This document shows positions 49,773 through 63,165 of a DNA stretch of 64,000 bases, one piece after another. Each line of letters opens with the position of its first letter. Positions within the stretch are counted from its first letter, which is position 1. The DNA lies in the NCBI GenBank assembly GCA_002269645.1, contig NIVC01003504.1:1-64000 (forward strand), in the 5' to 3' direction. The DNA is from Macrostomum lignano (lineage: Eukaryota). Under the pieces are notes generated by a model, which had not been told where the DNA came from, made no database searches, and saw nothing but the letters and a program-made list of their open reading frames with translations. A program made the translations under genes and the position numbers.

Positions 49773-50437
49773 ACTGACAGGATGAAACTGACAGGATGAA
49801 ACTGACAGGATGAAACTGACAGGATGAAACTGACAGGATGAAACTGACAGGATGAAACTGACAGGATGAAACTGACAGGATGAAACTGACAGGATGAAAC
49901 TGACAGGATGAAACTGACAGGATGAAACTGACAGGATGAAACTGACAGGATGAAACTGACAGGATGAAACTGACAGGATGAAACTGACAGGATGAAACTG
50001 ACAGGATGAAACTGACAGGATGAAACTGACAGGATGAAACTGACAGGATGAAACTGACAGGATGAAACTGACAGGATGAAACTGACAGGATGAAACTGAC
50101 AGGATGAAACTGACAGGATGAAACTGACAGGATGAAACTGACAGGATGAAACTGACAGGATGAAACTGACAGGATGAAACTGACAGGATGAAACTGACAG
50201 GATGAAACTGACAGGATGAAACTGACAGGATGAAACTGACAGGATGAAACTGACAGGATGAAACTGACAGGATGAAACTGACAGGATGAAACTGACAGGA
50301 TGAAACTGACAGGATGAAACTGACAGGATGAAACTGACAGGATGAAACTGACAGGATGAAACTGACAGGATGAAACTGACAGGATGAAACTGACAGGATG
50401 AAACTGACAGGATGGAACTGACAGGATGAAACTGACA
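49773..50437. repeat. 14-bp minisatellite ACTGACAGGATGAA, ~47 near-identical copies
   Basis: Direct reading. Confidence 0.97.
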
Positions 50438-50941
50438 AGGCAAGAAGCACATTTAGCAGATATGATGGATTTCTCCCAACGCTACTAGGAGTTCACAGTG
50501 TAATATTTACTTTATATATATTTGAGACACTAAAACTGCCGCAGGTGTTTGAGGTTTATCAGTGATGAAGCAGTGACACAAACGCTGGACAATGCAGAGC
50601 ATAAAACGACAGTTACAAAAAGCATTAAATTGCAAAACAGCAATCATACGATACACCTGATAAACATTTGATTTCATTCAAAACAAAGAAGCAGAACAAG
50701 CTGCAACACTGGAGCAAATCGATAATGAGCAGTGAGAGCAATATTGAAGGTTTACAAAACACGAGGAAAAAGTGCTGACACGGCAGACACGCGCAGGGGA
50801 TACGGCGGCGGCACAGAAGCAGAATATTGCAACAAAGTGCAGATTATCAAAATGAAAATCGGAGAAACGCTACTGGACTTGGGATTGAGAAACGCGAGGG
50901 GAACTTGAGGACAGAGAGCAGGACAGACTGGCGGCGCTTTT

Positions 50942-53766
50942 CTAAGCCTCATCAACCGCGCTGCCCTCCTCAGCCTCAGCCTCCGATTCTTCATCGTCGA
51001 CTTCCTCCGCCTCATCTTCGTCTGCCTCGTCGAAGACGTCGCTGATGGAAGCCGCGGCCGCCGCCTCGCTGCCGCCTTCGCCGCTGCCTTCGTTGCCGCC
51101 GGCTCCGTTGCAGAGGTCGCCGAGGCTGCGGCGCCGGCCAAGTCGGTGGATGTTCTTGAGGTGGCGCTGCATGTTGGAGCTGATGCTGAAGGCCCGGTCG
51201 CACAGCGGGCACTGGTACGGCTGCTCCCCCGTGTGCGTGCGCAGGTGCCGGGCCAGGTTGGCCGCCCGCGGGAAACACTTGCCGCAGAAGTCGCAGGCGT
51301 GCCGGCGTCTGCGCCGTGTGAGCAGCCGCTGCTGCTGCCGCTCCGGCTGTTGCTGAAGCGCCGGCGGATTCTCCAGCAGCTGCTGCTGGTTGGCGAGGCT
51401 CCAGAAGGTCGCCGGATCCGTGACGCCGGGACGACGTGGCGGGGCGCTTGGGCTGAGCGATCGCGGCCGCTGGGCAGGCGGCGGCAGCTGCGGCTCGGCG
51501 GCTCGCTGGCGAATCTCAGAGGCTGGAGACGTCGACCTTGGAGGCGTCGGCGGCGGAGGCGGCGGGAGCGGAGACGGCAGGCGCTTGAAACCCCTGGGCT
51601 TGGGCACGCTGAGGTCCAGCGGTTGCTGCTGCTGCTGCTGCTTAAGATGCGGGGGCTGCTGGAACTGGGCCGGCAGAGGCGGCGGTGGCGGCGGAGGCGG
51701 CAGGAAGGCCGGTCCGCTGCATGGGCCGCTGCTGGCACCGAAGCGGTGCTGCTGCTGCATCAGCTGTGTCTGCTGCCGAAACAGCTGCGGCCAGGGCAGC
51801 GGCGGCGGCTGCAGCTGCGGTTGCTGCGGAACCAACGCGGCCGGGAAGAACGAAGCCAGCGAGCACGGCGGGGGCAGCGGCAGGATCGGAGGCGGCGGCG
51901 GCGGCGGCAACGAGAGAAGCCGCGATGACTGCGAGTGCAGCGGCAGCGGCGACTGCTGCTGTGGGCACTCGGGGCCGGGGCTGTGACAGGCCCGCCTGTG
52001 CCGTTCAAGCGAGTGCGCGGTGGAGAAGCGCTGGTCGCAGGCAGGGCAGGCGACCTTCTGGCGGCAGGCTGGCTGCATCCGCTTGTGCCGGCAGAGGTTG
52101 GAGAACTGAGTGTAGCTCTTCTTGCACGCGTCGCACTGGTAGGGCTTGTGCGTGGCGTGGATGTGCATGTGCTGCTTGAGGCCGCTGGCGGTGCCAAAGC
52201 GCTTGTCGCACACCTGGCAGGCGTGCGGCGGCTGCCCGCAGCTGGGAGCGGCGGCGACCTCGGCGCTGCCAACGAACTGACAATTGAGGGAGTCGCCTTG
52301 CCGGACAGGCGGACTGGAGATTTGGGTGGGAATTTTTATGAAGCTTTGGGTTTTAGGCTGGAAACCTGACCGCAACTCTATCATTCTCTATGATCCGATG
52401 AGACTATCTATGACCCAATGAGACTATCTATGACCCAATGAGACTATCTATGACCCAATGAGACTATCTATGACCCAATGAGACTATCTATGACCCAATG
52501 AGACTATCTATGACCCAATGAGACTATCTATGACCCAATGAGACTATCTATGACCCAATGAGACTATCTATGACCCAATGAGACTATCTATGACCCAATG
52601 AGACTATCTACGACCCAATGAGACTATCTATGACCCAAGGAGACTATCTACGACCCAATGAGACTATCTATGACCCAATGAGACTATCTATGACCCAATG
52701 AGACCTATCTATGACCCAAGGAGACTATCTATGACCAAATGAGACTATATATGACCCAATGAGACTATCTATGACCCGATGAGACTGTCTATGACCAGAT
52801 GAGACTATATATGACCCAATGAGACCTATATATGACCCAAGGAGACTATCTATGACCAAATGAGACTATATATGACCCAATGAGACTATCTATGACCCAA
52901 TGAGACTATCTATGACCCAATGAGACTATCTATGACCCAATGAGACTATCTATGACCCAATGAGACTATCTATGACCCAATGAGACTATCTATGACCCAA
53001 GGAGACTATCTATGATTCAATGAGACTATCTATGATCCGATGAGACTATCTATGACCCAATGAGACTATCTATGACCCGATGAGACTATCTATGACCAGA
53101 TGAGACTATATATGACCCAATGAGACTATCTATGACCCAATGAGACTATCTATGACCCAATGAGACTATCTATGACCCAATGAGACTATCTATGACCCAA
53201 TGAGACTATCTATGACCCAAGGAGACTATCTATGACCCAATTAGATCTATTTATGATCCAATGAGATCCAATGACCCATTTTTTTGTATCTATAAATCTA
53301 TATTAGTATCTATAAAAACTTAAATTCAATGAAATTATTTGGCTTGAGGCTCACCTGGATGAGCAGTTGACAGCGGCAGCAGCGGCGGCGGCGGCAGCTG
53401 CGCAGGTGACGGCCCGGTTGCAGGTGGCCAGCAGGCGACGCTTGGCTGCGAGCTCGGCGCTGGGGTTGCGGCACAGCGAGGCCTGGTGCCGCCGGAGCGA
53501 GCCGGAGCTGCGAAACGACTCTCCGCAGTCGGGGCAGGCAAAGGCGGCGACTGCGGTGGACAGAGCGGCGGAGGCGGAGGCGTCTGGAATCGCGGAAACG
53601 GCGAGGCTGCTGCTGGTGACCGTTGGTCCTCTTAGATTCCCTTTGGTGCAGTGCCCCTCTCACCTTTTTGCTCCAGGATCTTCTCGCTCCAAGCCCTCCC
53701 CCCTACTCCCCTCCCCTCCGATCCAGGTTCCAGCCAGACACCCACCCCCCTCCGCCGGGCCGCCAT
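50942..53766 (-). CDS. ham: hamlet/egl-43/MECOM(Evi1)/PRDM16-family zinc-finger transcription factor, ~567 aa; 5' end uncertain
   Basis: Exons 53664-53766, 53355-53583, 50942-52313, phase-consistent, introns of 80 and 1041 nt. C2HC finger [22 protein letters not shown]; [21 protein letters not shown]; [20 protein letters not shown]; [21 protein letters not shown]; PLDLS CtBP motif; [50 protein letters not shown]; acidic tail. These closely match Evi1 fingers 4-6 and 8-9. Confidence 0.9.
52390..53275. repeat. 20-bp minisatellite ATGAGACTATCTATGACCCA in zinc-finger gene intron
   Basis: About 44 copies within intron 52314-53354. Confidence 0.96.
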
Positions 53767-54052
53767 TGGCTCCGATCGGCACTCTGTTTAACGTGCCGGC
53801 ATTGACAAGTCCTGTGCAATCGCTGCGGTGAATCAGCCCTATTGTTATTTTCTATTCTCACCTGCTTGCAAGTCCGAGGCATTGCCTGGAGCTTCCAGCT
53901 GCCGCTCCTCATCCTCGGGTCATCAGACAGAGCGCCTCCGCGGCAGAGTTGGCCAAAAAGAAGCAGATCGCGCCTCTGCCGCTCCAGTTGGTGCTGGCTG
54001 TGGCGAAAGCCTGGAAACTGGAAGTGGGGAAGGGGTAGGCGATTATCTGTGT

Positions 54053-54843
54053 GTCTGATGATGATCTGTGTGATCTGATGATGATCTGGGTGATCTGATG
54101 ATGATGATCTGGGTGATCTGATGATGATGATCTGGGTGATCTGATGATGCTCTGTGTGATCTGATGATGATCTGTGTGTCTGATGATGATCTGTGTGATC
54201 TGATGATGATCTGGGTGATCTGATGATGATGATCTGGGTGATCTGATGATGATGATCTGGGTGATCTGATGATGCTCTGTGTGATCTGATGATGATCTGT
54301 GTGATCTGATGATGATCTGGGTGATCTGATGATGATCTGGGTGATCTGATGATGATCTGGGTGATCTGATGATGATCTGGTTGATCTGATGATGATGATC
54401 TGGGTGATCTGATGATGATCTGGGTGATTTGATGATGATCTGGGTGATCTGATGATGCTCTGTGTGATCTGATGATGATCTGGGTGATCTGATGATGATC
54501 TGGGTGATTTGATGATGATCTGGGTGATCTGATGATGATCTGGGTGATTTGATGATGATCTGGGTGATCTGATGATGATCTGGGTGATCTGATGATGATC
54601 TGTGTGATCTGATGATGATCTGGGTGATCTGATGATGATCTGGGTGATCTGATGATGATCTGGGTGATCTGATGATGATCTGGGTGATCTGATGATGATC
54701 TGGGTGATCTGATGATGATCTGGGTGATCTGATGATGATCTGGGTGATCTGATGATGATCTGGGTGATCTGATGATGATCTGGGTGATTTGATGATGATC
54801 TGGGTGATCTGATGATGATCTGGGTGATCTGATGTGATGATGA
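54053..54843. repeat. 20-bp minisatellite GATCTGATGATGATCTGGGT
   Basis: About 39 copies. Confidence 0.94.
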
Positions 54844-54887
54844 TCCGTGTGGTGAATAATGACGAACTAAGACACCAAATAATGGAC

Positions 54888-55045
54888 TGAGTGACCTACT
54901 CATGAACCGAGTGACCTACTCATGAACCGAGTGACCTACTCATAAACCGAGTGACCTACTCATAAACCGAGTGACCTACTCATAAACCGAGTGACCTACT
55001 CATAAACCGAGTGACCTACTCATAAACCGAGTGACCTACTCATGA
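54888..55045. repeat. 20-bp minisatellite GAGTGACCTACTCATAAACC x~8
   Basis: Direct reading. Confidence 0.93.
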
Positions 55046-55832
55046 AATGGCTGAAAAGGAGTCAGGAGCCACAGAGGAGCTGTAAAGAACCCACTGCATA
55101 TCCGGAGGACCTGTGACCCCCAGCCCCAGTCACATTGCTGTCAAGCACAAAGAATGGAATGGGAAAATCAAGATACAGAATATGAATTGCGTCCCAGTGC
55201 CAATGCCCGCATATCAGCCCTGTGTAAGACTCAAGTGCCGGTCACCCGAATGGATACAGTTAAACTATAAACTGTATTATCAGCAAACAGACAGATTGCA
55301 GATTTCATTCAGTTCTGCAAAGAGAATGTACCGATCAGGAAGTGCTCTCGCTTACCTCGTCAGTCAGTAGGCCAGCCATTGTGCCGGGTTCAGAGAGAGA
55401 GATATTGGCGGCTCCTGCGTGGTGGCGGCTGCAATGAGGGGGGAGGGGGTTGCAGTTCTGGTTTCGGCTATGGCGCTGAATTGTAACGATTTCCATTCTC
55501 TATGGCCGAAGCCGAATGAAAGCTTAAACAGTATGCGGCAGTGGTCATAAATCAATGCTGTTTAGGACAGCACGCGGCGGCAGTTCTGATGCAGCAAATA
55601 TGACCAGCTGGCACCATCGGACACATCGGTCACCTGACACCGGCTTCAACTGACGCTCGTGCCATTGAGACCCCGCGCTTAAAGCCCCGTATCAGACAGG
55701 ACAAGGAGATTCTGCCCTCATTCAGCCATCTAATCGCTGATTTTACAATTCACCTTTTTTATGCAAGAGATTGTCCACCTGTGGCTTCTAACTGCAGCAG
55801 GGTCCGATTGTGAAAGTGGGGAAAACTGGGAA

Positions 55833-56512
55833 TAGATATGGGAGAGGAGATGGAGAAGGGAGAGGAGATGGAGAGGGGAGAGGAGATGGAGAGGGGAGAA
55901 GAGATGTAGAGGGGAGAAGAGATGGAAAGGGAGAAGAGATGGAGAGGGGAGAAGAGATGGAGAGGGGAGAGGAGATGGAGAGGGGAGAAGAGATGGAGAG
56001 GGGAGAAGAGATGGAGAGGGGAGAAGAGATGGAGAAAGGAGAAGAGATGGAGAGGGCAGAGGAGATGGAGAGGGGAGAAGAGATGGAAAGGGGAGAAGAG
56101 ATGGAGAGGGGAGAAGAGATGGAGAGGGGAGAGGAGATGGAGAGGGGAGAAGAGATGGAGAGGGGAGAAGAGATGGAGAGGGGAGAAGAGATGGAGAAAG
56201 GAGAAGAGATGGAGAGGGCAGAGGAGATGGAGAGGGGAGAAGAGATGGAGAGGGGAGAAGAGATGGAGAGGGGAGAAGAGATGGAGAGGGGAGAAGAGAT
56301 GGAGAGGGGAGAGGAGATGGAGAGGGGAGAAGAGATGGAGAAAGGAGAAGAGATGGAGAGGGCAGAGGAGATGGAGAGGGGAGAAGAGATGGAGAGGGGA
56401 GAGGAGATGGAGAGGGGAGAGGAGATGGAGAGGGGAGAGGAGATGGAGAGGGAGAGGAGATGGAGAGGGGAGAGGAGATGGAGAGGGGAGAGGAGATGGA
56501 GAGGGAGAGGAG
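55833..56512. repeat. 18-bp purine-rich minisatellite GAGATGGAGAGGGGAGAA
   Basis: About 37 copies. Confidence 0.94.
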
Positions 56513-56864
56513 ATGGAGTGGGGAGGGAAAGATGCTAGAGAGACGAGCGTGCAAGTTTAAATAAAAAAGCTCGCTTACCTTTTTAAAGAATTTTTAATTA
56601 TTTTAAACTTGAAAACAAAAGGAGGGAAGACGGCAAGACAGGCGCAGTCACTCAGCCAGAGCTCGCGGGAAATATTGGGAAATTCTTCCCCTATTTGACC
56701 AGCCTCATCCACTCCCACTGCTGGCAGCCTCCCGCCTTTGCTCAACTCACTTGAGATGAGGCGGTGGTGTCTCAGAGCTGATTGGTTGATGGGATGCGCG
56801 GAGTCGAGAAAAGAGAGATTGAGAGAGTTGAGGCAAAGATATTTTAGGTAGATAAGGCATAGGC

Positions 56865-58478
56865 AGGTAGGCAGGTAGATAACTAAGGCAGATAGATAAC
56901 TAAGACAGGTAGATAGCTAAGACAGGTAGATAACTAAAACAGGTAGATAACTAAGGCAGGTAGATAACTAAGGCAGGTAGATAACTAAGGCAGGTAGATA
57001 ACTAAGGCAGGTAGATAACTAAGGCAGGTAGATAACTAAGACAGGTAGATAACTAAGACAGGTAGATAACTAAGACAGGTAGATAACTAAAACAGGTAGA
57101 TAACTAAGACAGGCAGATAACTAAGACAGGTAGATAACTAAGACAGGTAGATAACTAAGACAGGTAGATAACTAAGACAGGTAGATAACTAAGTAAGGTA
57201 GATCGCTAAGACAGGTAGATAACTAAGACAGGTAGATCGCTAAGACAGGTAGATAACTAAGACAGGTAGATAACTAAGACAGGTAGACAACTAAGACAGG
57301 TAGATAACTAAGACAGGAAGATAACTAAGTAAGGTAGATAACTAAGACAGGTAGATAACTAAGACAGGAAGATAACTATGACAGGAAGATAACTAAGACA
57401 GGTAGATAACTAAGACAGGTAGATAACTAAGACTGGTAGATAACTAAGTAAGGTAGATCACTAAGACAGGTAGATCACTAAGACAGGTAGATCACTAAGA
57501 CAGGTAGATAACTAAGACTGGTAGATAACTAAGACAGGTAGATAACTAAGACAGGTAGATAACTAAGACAGGTAGATAACTAAGACAGGTAGATAACTAA
57601 GACAGGTAGATAACTAAGTAAGGTAGATCGCTAAGACAGGTAGATAACTAAGACAGGTAGATCGCTAAGACAGGTAGATAACTAAGACAGGTAGATAACT
57701 AAGACAGGTAGACAACTAAGACAGGTAGATAACTAAGACAGGTAGATAACTAAGTAAGGTAGATAACTAAGACAGGTAGATAACTAAGACAGGAAGATAA
57801 CTATGACAGGAAGATAACTAAGACAGGTAGATAACTAAGACAGGTAGATAACTAAGACTGGTAGATAACTAAGTAAGGTAGATCACTAAGACAGGTAGAT
57901 CACTAAGACAGGTAGATCACTAAGACAGGTAGATAACTAAGACTGGTAGATAACTAAGTAAGGTAGATCACTAAGACAGGTAGATAACTAAGACAGGAAG
58001 ATAACTAAGACAGGTAGATAACTAAGACAGGTAGATAACTAAGACAGGTAGATAACTAAGTAAGGTAGATCACTAAGACAGGTAGATAACTAAGACAGGT
58101 AGATAACTAAGACAGGTAGATAACTAAGACAGGTAGATAACTAAGACAGGTAGATAACTAAGACAGGTAGATAACTAAGACAGGTAGATAACTATGACAG
58201 GTAGATCACTAAGACAGGTAGATAACTAAGACAGGTAGATAACTATGACAGGTAGATCACTAAGACAGGTAGATAACTAAGACAGGTAGATAACTATGAC
58301 AGGTAGATCACTAAGACAGGTAGATAACTAAGACAGGTAGATCACTAAGACAGGTAGATAACTAAGACAGGTAGATAACTAAGACAGGTAGATCACTAAG
58401 ACAGGTAGATAACTAAGACAGGTAGATCACTAAGACAGGTAGATAACTAAGACAGGTAGATAACTAAGACAGGTAGAT
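56865..58478. repeat. 17-bp minisatellite TAAGACAGGTAGATAAC, ~95 copies
   Basis: Period 17; internal 425-bp block duplication. Confidence 0.96.
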
Positions 58479-59504
58479 ACGAACTACTAAGACTAAGATA
58501 GACAGGCAGCTAGACGAAAAGGTAGACAGACAGACAAGCAGACAAACAGTGGACAGCTGTGGTAGACTGGGATGAAATATAGGAGAACAGGAGCTGATCA
58601 TGCAGATACACCGAGAGTTGCTTTGCTTTCTCAAAGAGAATCAGCTTTAGAGACAAAGCCAAAAGCCGGAGACAAGTGAGATCCGGTTGAAAGGCTCCGA
58701 CTAAACTGAGTAGAAATGGATACTCAGTTATGAGGTCCGACAGAAGCGCCCGCTGTATTGAACAGAGATAAGCTTTAATCCAGTCATGCTACACACACTG
58801 CTATCCCGAGCTTCTCAAAACTAAATCGAAACACACACACACAGCAGAACTTACCAAGCTATCAAGCGATCGACCTTCAAATGTTCGGAGTTGACTAGCT
58901 TTGTATTATAATTCGAAACTGTAGTGGTCGCGAGGCCAAGTCCAGACGGAGACGTTGACAGAGATCGAAATTCTGGATGAGCAGTGCTCAAGCAACAGTT
59001 TATATATATGGTTTTGGTGCTCAGCGGGGAGCCCCGACCCGCCAGACTTGATCAACAGGCTCAATGAAATCTGAAGGTCGCAGTGAGCAACAATGGGCCG
59101 AGGCGATAGGCAGCTCAGCGGGAAACTTGTCGGCTGCATGCGCGAGCTGGCGGCGGAGAGCCGGACATGCAAATTGGCCGAGCACCGAGCCACAGGTGCG
59201 GACTCGCCAAGCGCCCTGCCCGCTGCGCTGCGGGATTCGCAGCTGTTGCTGCTGGCAGCCAAACCACACGGCCATGCAGTGAAACTCGGGGGCTGCTAAT
59301 GCCGAGCAGCGGGGGTCCGGAGTCAGTTTGAGACACTCGCTGACCTCATGCGAGCATTATTGATTCATAAATCAGTAGGAAATTTGCTTACATACCCTGG
59401 GGATTTGGTTTGGGACATCTGCCGCGAGTATTAGAGGTTTAATTCCTGTATGAAAGCATAAACTGTACATTGTGTGGCTGCGTGGGGTTGTGGAGGCGGA
59501 GGCA

Positions 59505-60425
59505 TAGGGATTAGTGACTTGGTGCACAGGGGTCATAGAGGGTTGGTCACAACGATGAGTGATTAGTGGCACAATGGTCATAGAGAATTGGTCATAACGA
59601 TAAGTGATTTGTGGCACAGGGGTTATAGAGGGTTGGTCATAAAGATAAGCGATTAGTGGCACAGGGGTCATAGAGAATTGGTCATAACGATAAGTGATTT
59701 GTGGCACAGGGGTCATAGAGGGTTGGTCATAACGATGAGTGATTAGTGGCACAGGGGTCATAGAGGGTTGGTCACAACGATGAGTGATTAGTGGCACAAT
59801 GGTCATAGAGAATTGGTCATAACGATAAGTGATTTGTGGCACAGGGGTTATAGAGGGTTGGTCATAAAGATAAGCGATTAGTGGCACAGGGGTCATAGAG
59901 AATTGGTCATAACGATAAGTGATTTGTGGCACAGGGGTCATAGAGGGTTGGTCATAACGATGAGTGATTAGTGGCACAGGGGTCATAGAGGGTTGGTCAT
60001 AACGATGAGTGATTAGTGGCACAGGGTCATAGAGGGTTGGTCATAACGATGAGTGATTAGTGGCACAGGGGTCATAGAGGGTTGGTCATAACGATGAGTG
60101 ATTAGTGGCACAGGGGTCATAGAGGGTTGGTCATAACGATGAGTGATTAGTGGCACAGGGGTCATAGAGGGTTGGTCATAACGATGAGTGATTAGTGGCA
60201 CAGGGGTCATAGAGGGTTGGTCATAACGATGAGTGATTAGTGGCACAGGGGTCATAGAGGGTTGGTCATAAATATGAATGATTTGAGGCACAGGGGTCAT
60301 AGAGGGTTGGTCATAACGATGAGTGATTAGTGGCACAGGGGTCATAGAGGGTTGGTCATAACGATGAGTGATTAGTGGCACAGGGGTCATAGAGGATTGG
60401 TCATACCGAAGAGTGACTAGTGAAC
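59505..60425. repeat. 45-bp minisatellite GTGGCACAGGGGTCATAGAGGGTTGGTCATAACGATGAGTGATTA
   Basis: Period 45 (60061, 60106); about 20 copies. Confidence 0.95.
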
Positions 60426-60609
60426 AGGGATTCATAGGGGGTGTGGTCAGAACCATTTTCATACAGAGGCCATAAATGGCGTTATCATAACAGTGAGTGT
60501 ACATGGAGTCGTACATGTACATGTAACAGGAAGATTCATATTGATTATTCATAGTTTATCAACTAGTGTCATGGCAAATGGAACCACAACAATTAGTTTG
60601 CAAGCCAAA

Positions 60610-61262
60610 AGGTCATGGTTGAGGGTCATAACGCTTAGTGCTTGCAGGAGTCATTGGTGATTGGTCATAATGCTTAGTGTCTGCAGAACTCATGGGTGAA
60701 GGGTCATAATGCTTAATGTCTACAGAGGTCATGGGTGATGAGTCATAACGTTTAGGTCTGAGTGGTCATAAGTTATAAGTCATAATGCCTAGTGTCTGCA
60801 GAGGTCATGGGAGATGGGTCATAATGTTTAGTGTCTGCAGGGTCATGTGAGATTGGTCATAATGTTTGTGTCTGCAGAGGTCATGGGAGATTGGTCATAA
60901 TGCTTAGTGTCTGCAGAAATCATGGGTGAAGGGTCAATGTTTAATGTCTTCAGAGGTCATGGGTGATGGGTCATAATGCTTAGTGTCTGCAGAGGTTATA
61001 GGTGAGGGGTCATAATGTTTAATGTCTTCAGAGGTCATGGGCGATGGGTCATAATGCTTAGTGTCTGCAGAGGTCATGGGTGATGAGTCATAACGTTTAG
61101 GTCTGAGTGGTCATAAGTTATAAGTCATAATGTTTAGTGTCTGCAGAGGTCATGGGAGATGGGTCATAATGCTTAGTGTCTGCAGAGGTTATTGGTGAGG
61201 GGTCATAATGCTTAAGCTTAAGCATAATCATTATGCTTATGATGCCTAGTGCACAGGGGTCA
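60610..61262. repeat. ~39-bp degenerate minisatellite GGTCATAATGCTTAGTGTCTGCAGAGGTCATGGGTGATG
   Basis: Shares the paired GGTCAT architecture with the adjacent 45-mer. Confidence 0.85.
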
Positions 61263-62321
61263 TGTCAATTGGCCTGAATGAGGGTCCAAATAAACGCATC
61301 ATGTCAGAGCCCCTAGGTTCGATTCCGCCAAACACCAGCAACTGGGCAGACGTGTCGCCCTGGAAATCAAAAAACACCGTTGGCAATTGGCACAATAGTG
61401 AAGGATTTTCCGTTTAAACGAGAAGGCACTCATAACAATTATGGAGCCGGCTTCTCAGTCAGTAAAAGCTATGAATAATAACAATAGTATATTTAGTATG
61501 ACAAAAAGCAGTTTATTTATTTAAATAAAAAAGCGGCTCCTTGGACACTCGCGCGGTGCCATATAGTTCTATATACAGCGAGTGCCACTGACGAACAGGG
61601 GGAATGAAGCAGGAATACCAGAGCAGCGGCTCTCAGCTGGAATTTCCACCGACTCTGCGCACAGTAAACAGGCAGGCACACAGACACACACAGGGAGACA
61701 AAGGAAAGCGAAAACAGACTCCACAGGCCACGCGCGATGAGGAAAATTAAGGGGAGGGGGCTGAAAAGTTCCGCTCAATAGAGCAGTTCAATAGAGGCAG
61801 AAGGCACAGATTAGAGCAGGCCAAGACACTTGCAGACAGCAATATTTATTTGAAAGTAACAACTAAAATAAAAAAAAAACAATTAGCGCAAAATCAAACG
61901 GATGCACACAAAAGTAGAAGACTGCCCTGACTGCCTACTAACAGTAAGTAGAGCGGGCGGGGACGCTCTTCAATCTTTAATAACTTTCCTACAAAAGACA
62001 CAAAATTACAAAAGTACACGGACAGACAAAACAACCCCCAGCTTGGCTGAGGAGACAAAGGTGTGTAAGCGGGGGGTGTAAGTGAAAAGTGCCGGCGATT
62101 CAGTCAGAAGTTTTTTTTAATAAAAGGCAGCGCAAAACAAGATCAATTAATTCAGGACAGAAGGAATGTGGAATGAAAGCTGGCTTGCCGCTCGGTTGGA
62201 AAATGGCACCGACTGCTTGATGGCACTTTGGGAGCTGTGCACAATTTTGTTAATAATAGCAGTAATTTTAATTTTTCACCTGTTCAAAATGGCATCCACG
62301 TCTAAAGCTGACGTTTCAATC

Positions 62322-63165
62322 AATAAACTGACATTCCCAAGAAATAAACTGACATCAATAATCAATAAACAGACATCTAGATCAATAAACTGACATTTCC
62401 AATCAATAAACTGACATTCCCAATCAATAAACTGACATTCCCAAGCAATAAACTGACATTCCCAAGCAATAAACTGACATTTCCAATCAATAAACTGACA
62501 TTCCCAAGCAATAAACTGACATTCCAAATCAATAAACTGACATTCCCAAGCAATAAACTGACATTCCCAAGCAATAAACTGACATTTCCAATCAATAAAC
62601 AGACATCTAGATCAATAAACAGACATCTAGATCAATAAACTGACATTTCCAATCAATAAACTGACATTCCCAATCAATAAACTGACATTCCCAAGCAATA
62701 AACTGACATTCCCAAGCAATAAACTGACATTTCCAATCAATAAACTGACATTCCCAAGCAATAAACTGACATTCCAAATCAATAAACTGACATTCCCAAG
62801 CAATAAACTGACATTCCAAATCAATAAACTGACATTCCCAAACAATAAACTGACATTCCAAATCAATAAACTGACATTCCCAAGCAATAAACTGAAATTC
62901 CCAAGCAATAAACTGACATTCCAAATCAATAAACTGACATTTCCAATCAATAAACTGACATTCCCAAGCAATAAACTGACATTTCCAATCAATAAACTGA
63001 CATTTCCAAGCAATAAACTGACATTCCAAATCAATAAACTGACATTCCCAATCAATAAACTGACATTCCCAATCAATAAACTGACATTTCCAATCAATAA
63101 ACTGACATTCCCAATCAATAAACTGACATTTCCAATCAATAAACTGACATTCACAATCAATAAAC
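62322..63165 (+). repeat. 21-bp minisatellite AATAAACTGACATTCCCAA(G/T)C, ~40 copies
   Basis: Direct reading; AATAAA in each unit. Confidence 0.95.

Noticed and set aside
53863-55375. Extra 5' exons or PR/SET domain of the zinc-finger gene (MAGLLTDE; FPGFRH...CKQ)
   Set aside because: Splice sites exist, but the phases do not connect to the downstream exon and there are no PR motifs.
61265-61400. Box B-like GGTTCGATTCC
   Set aside because: No convincing box A, cloverleaf or SINE body.
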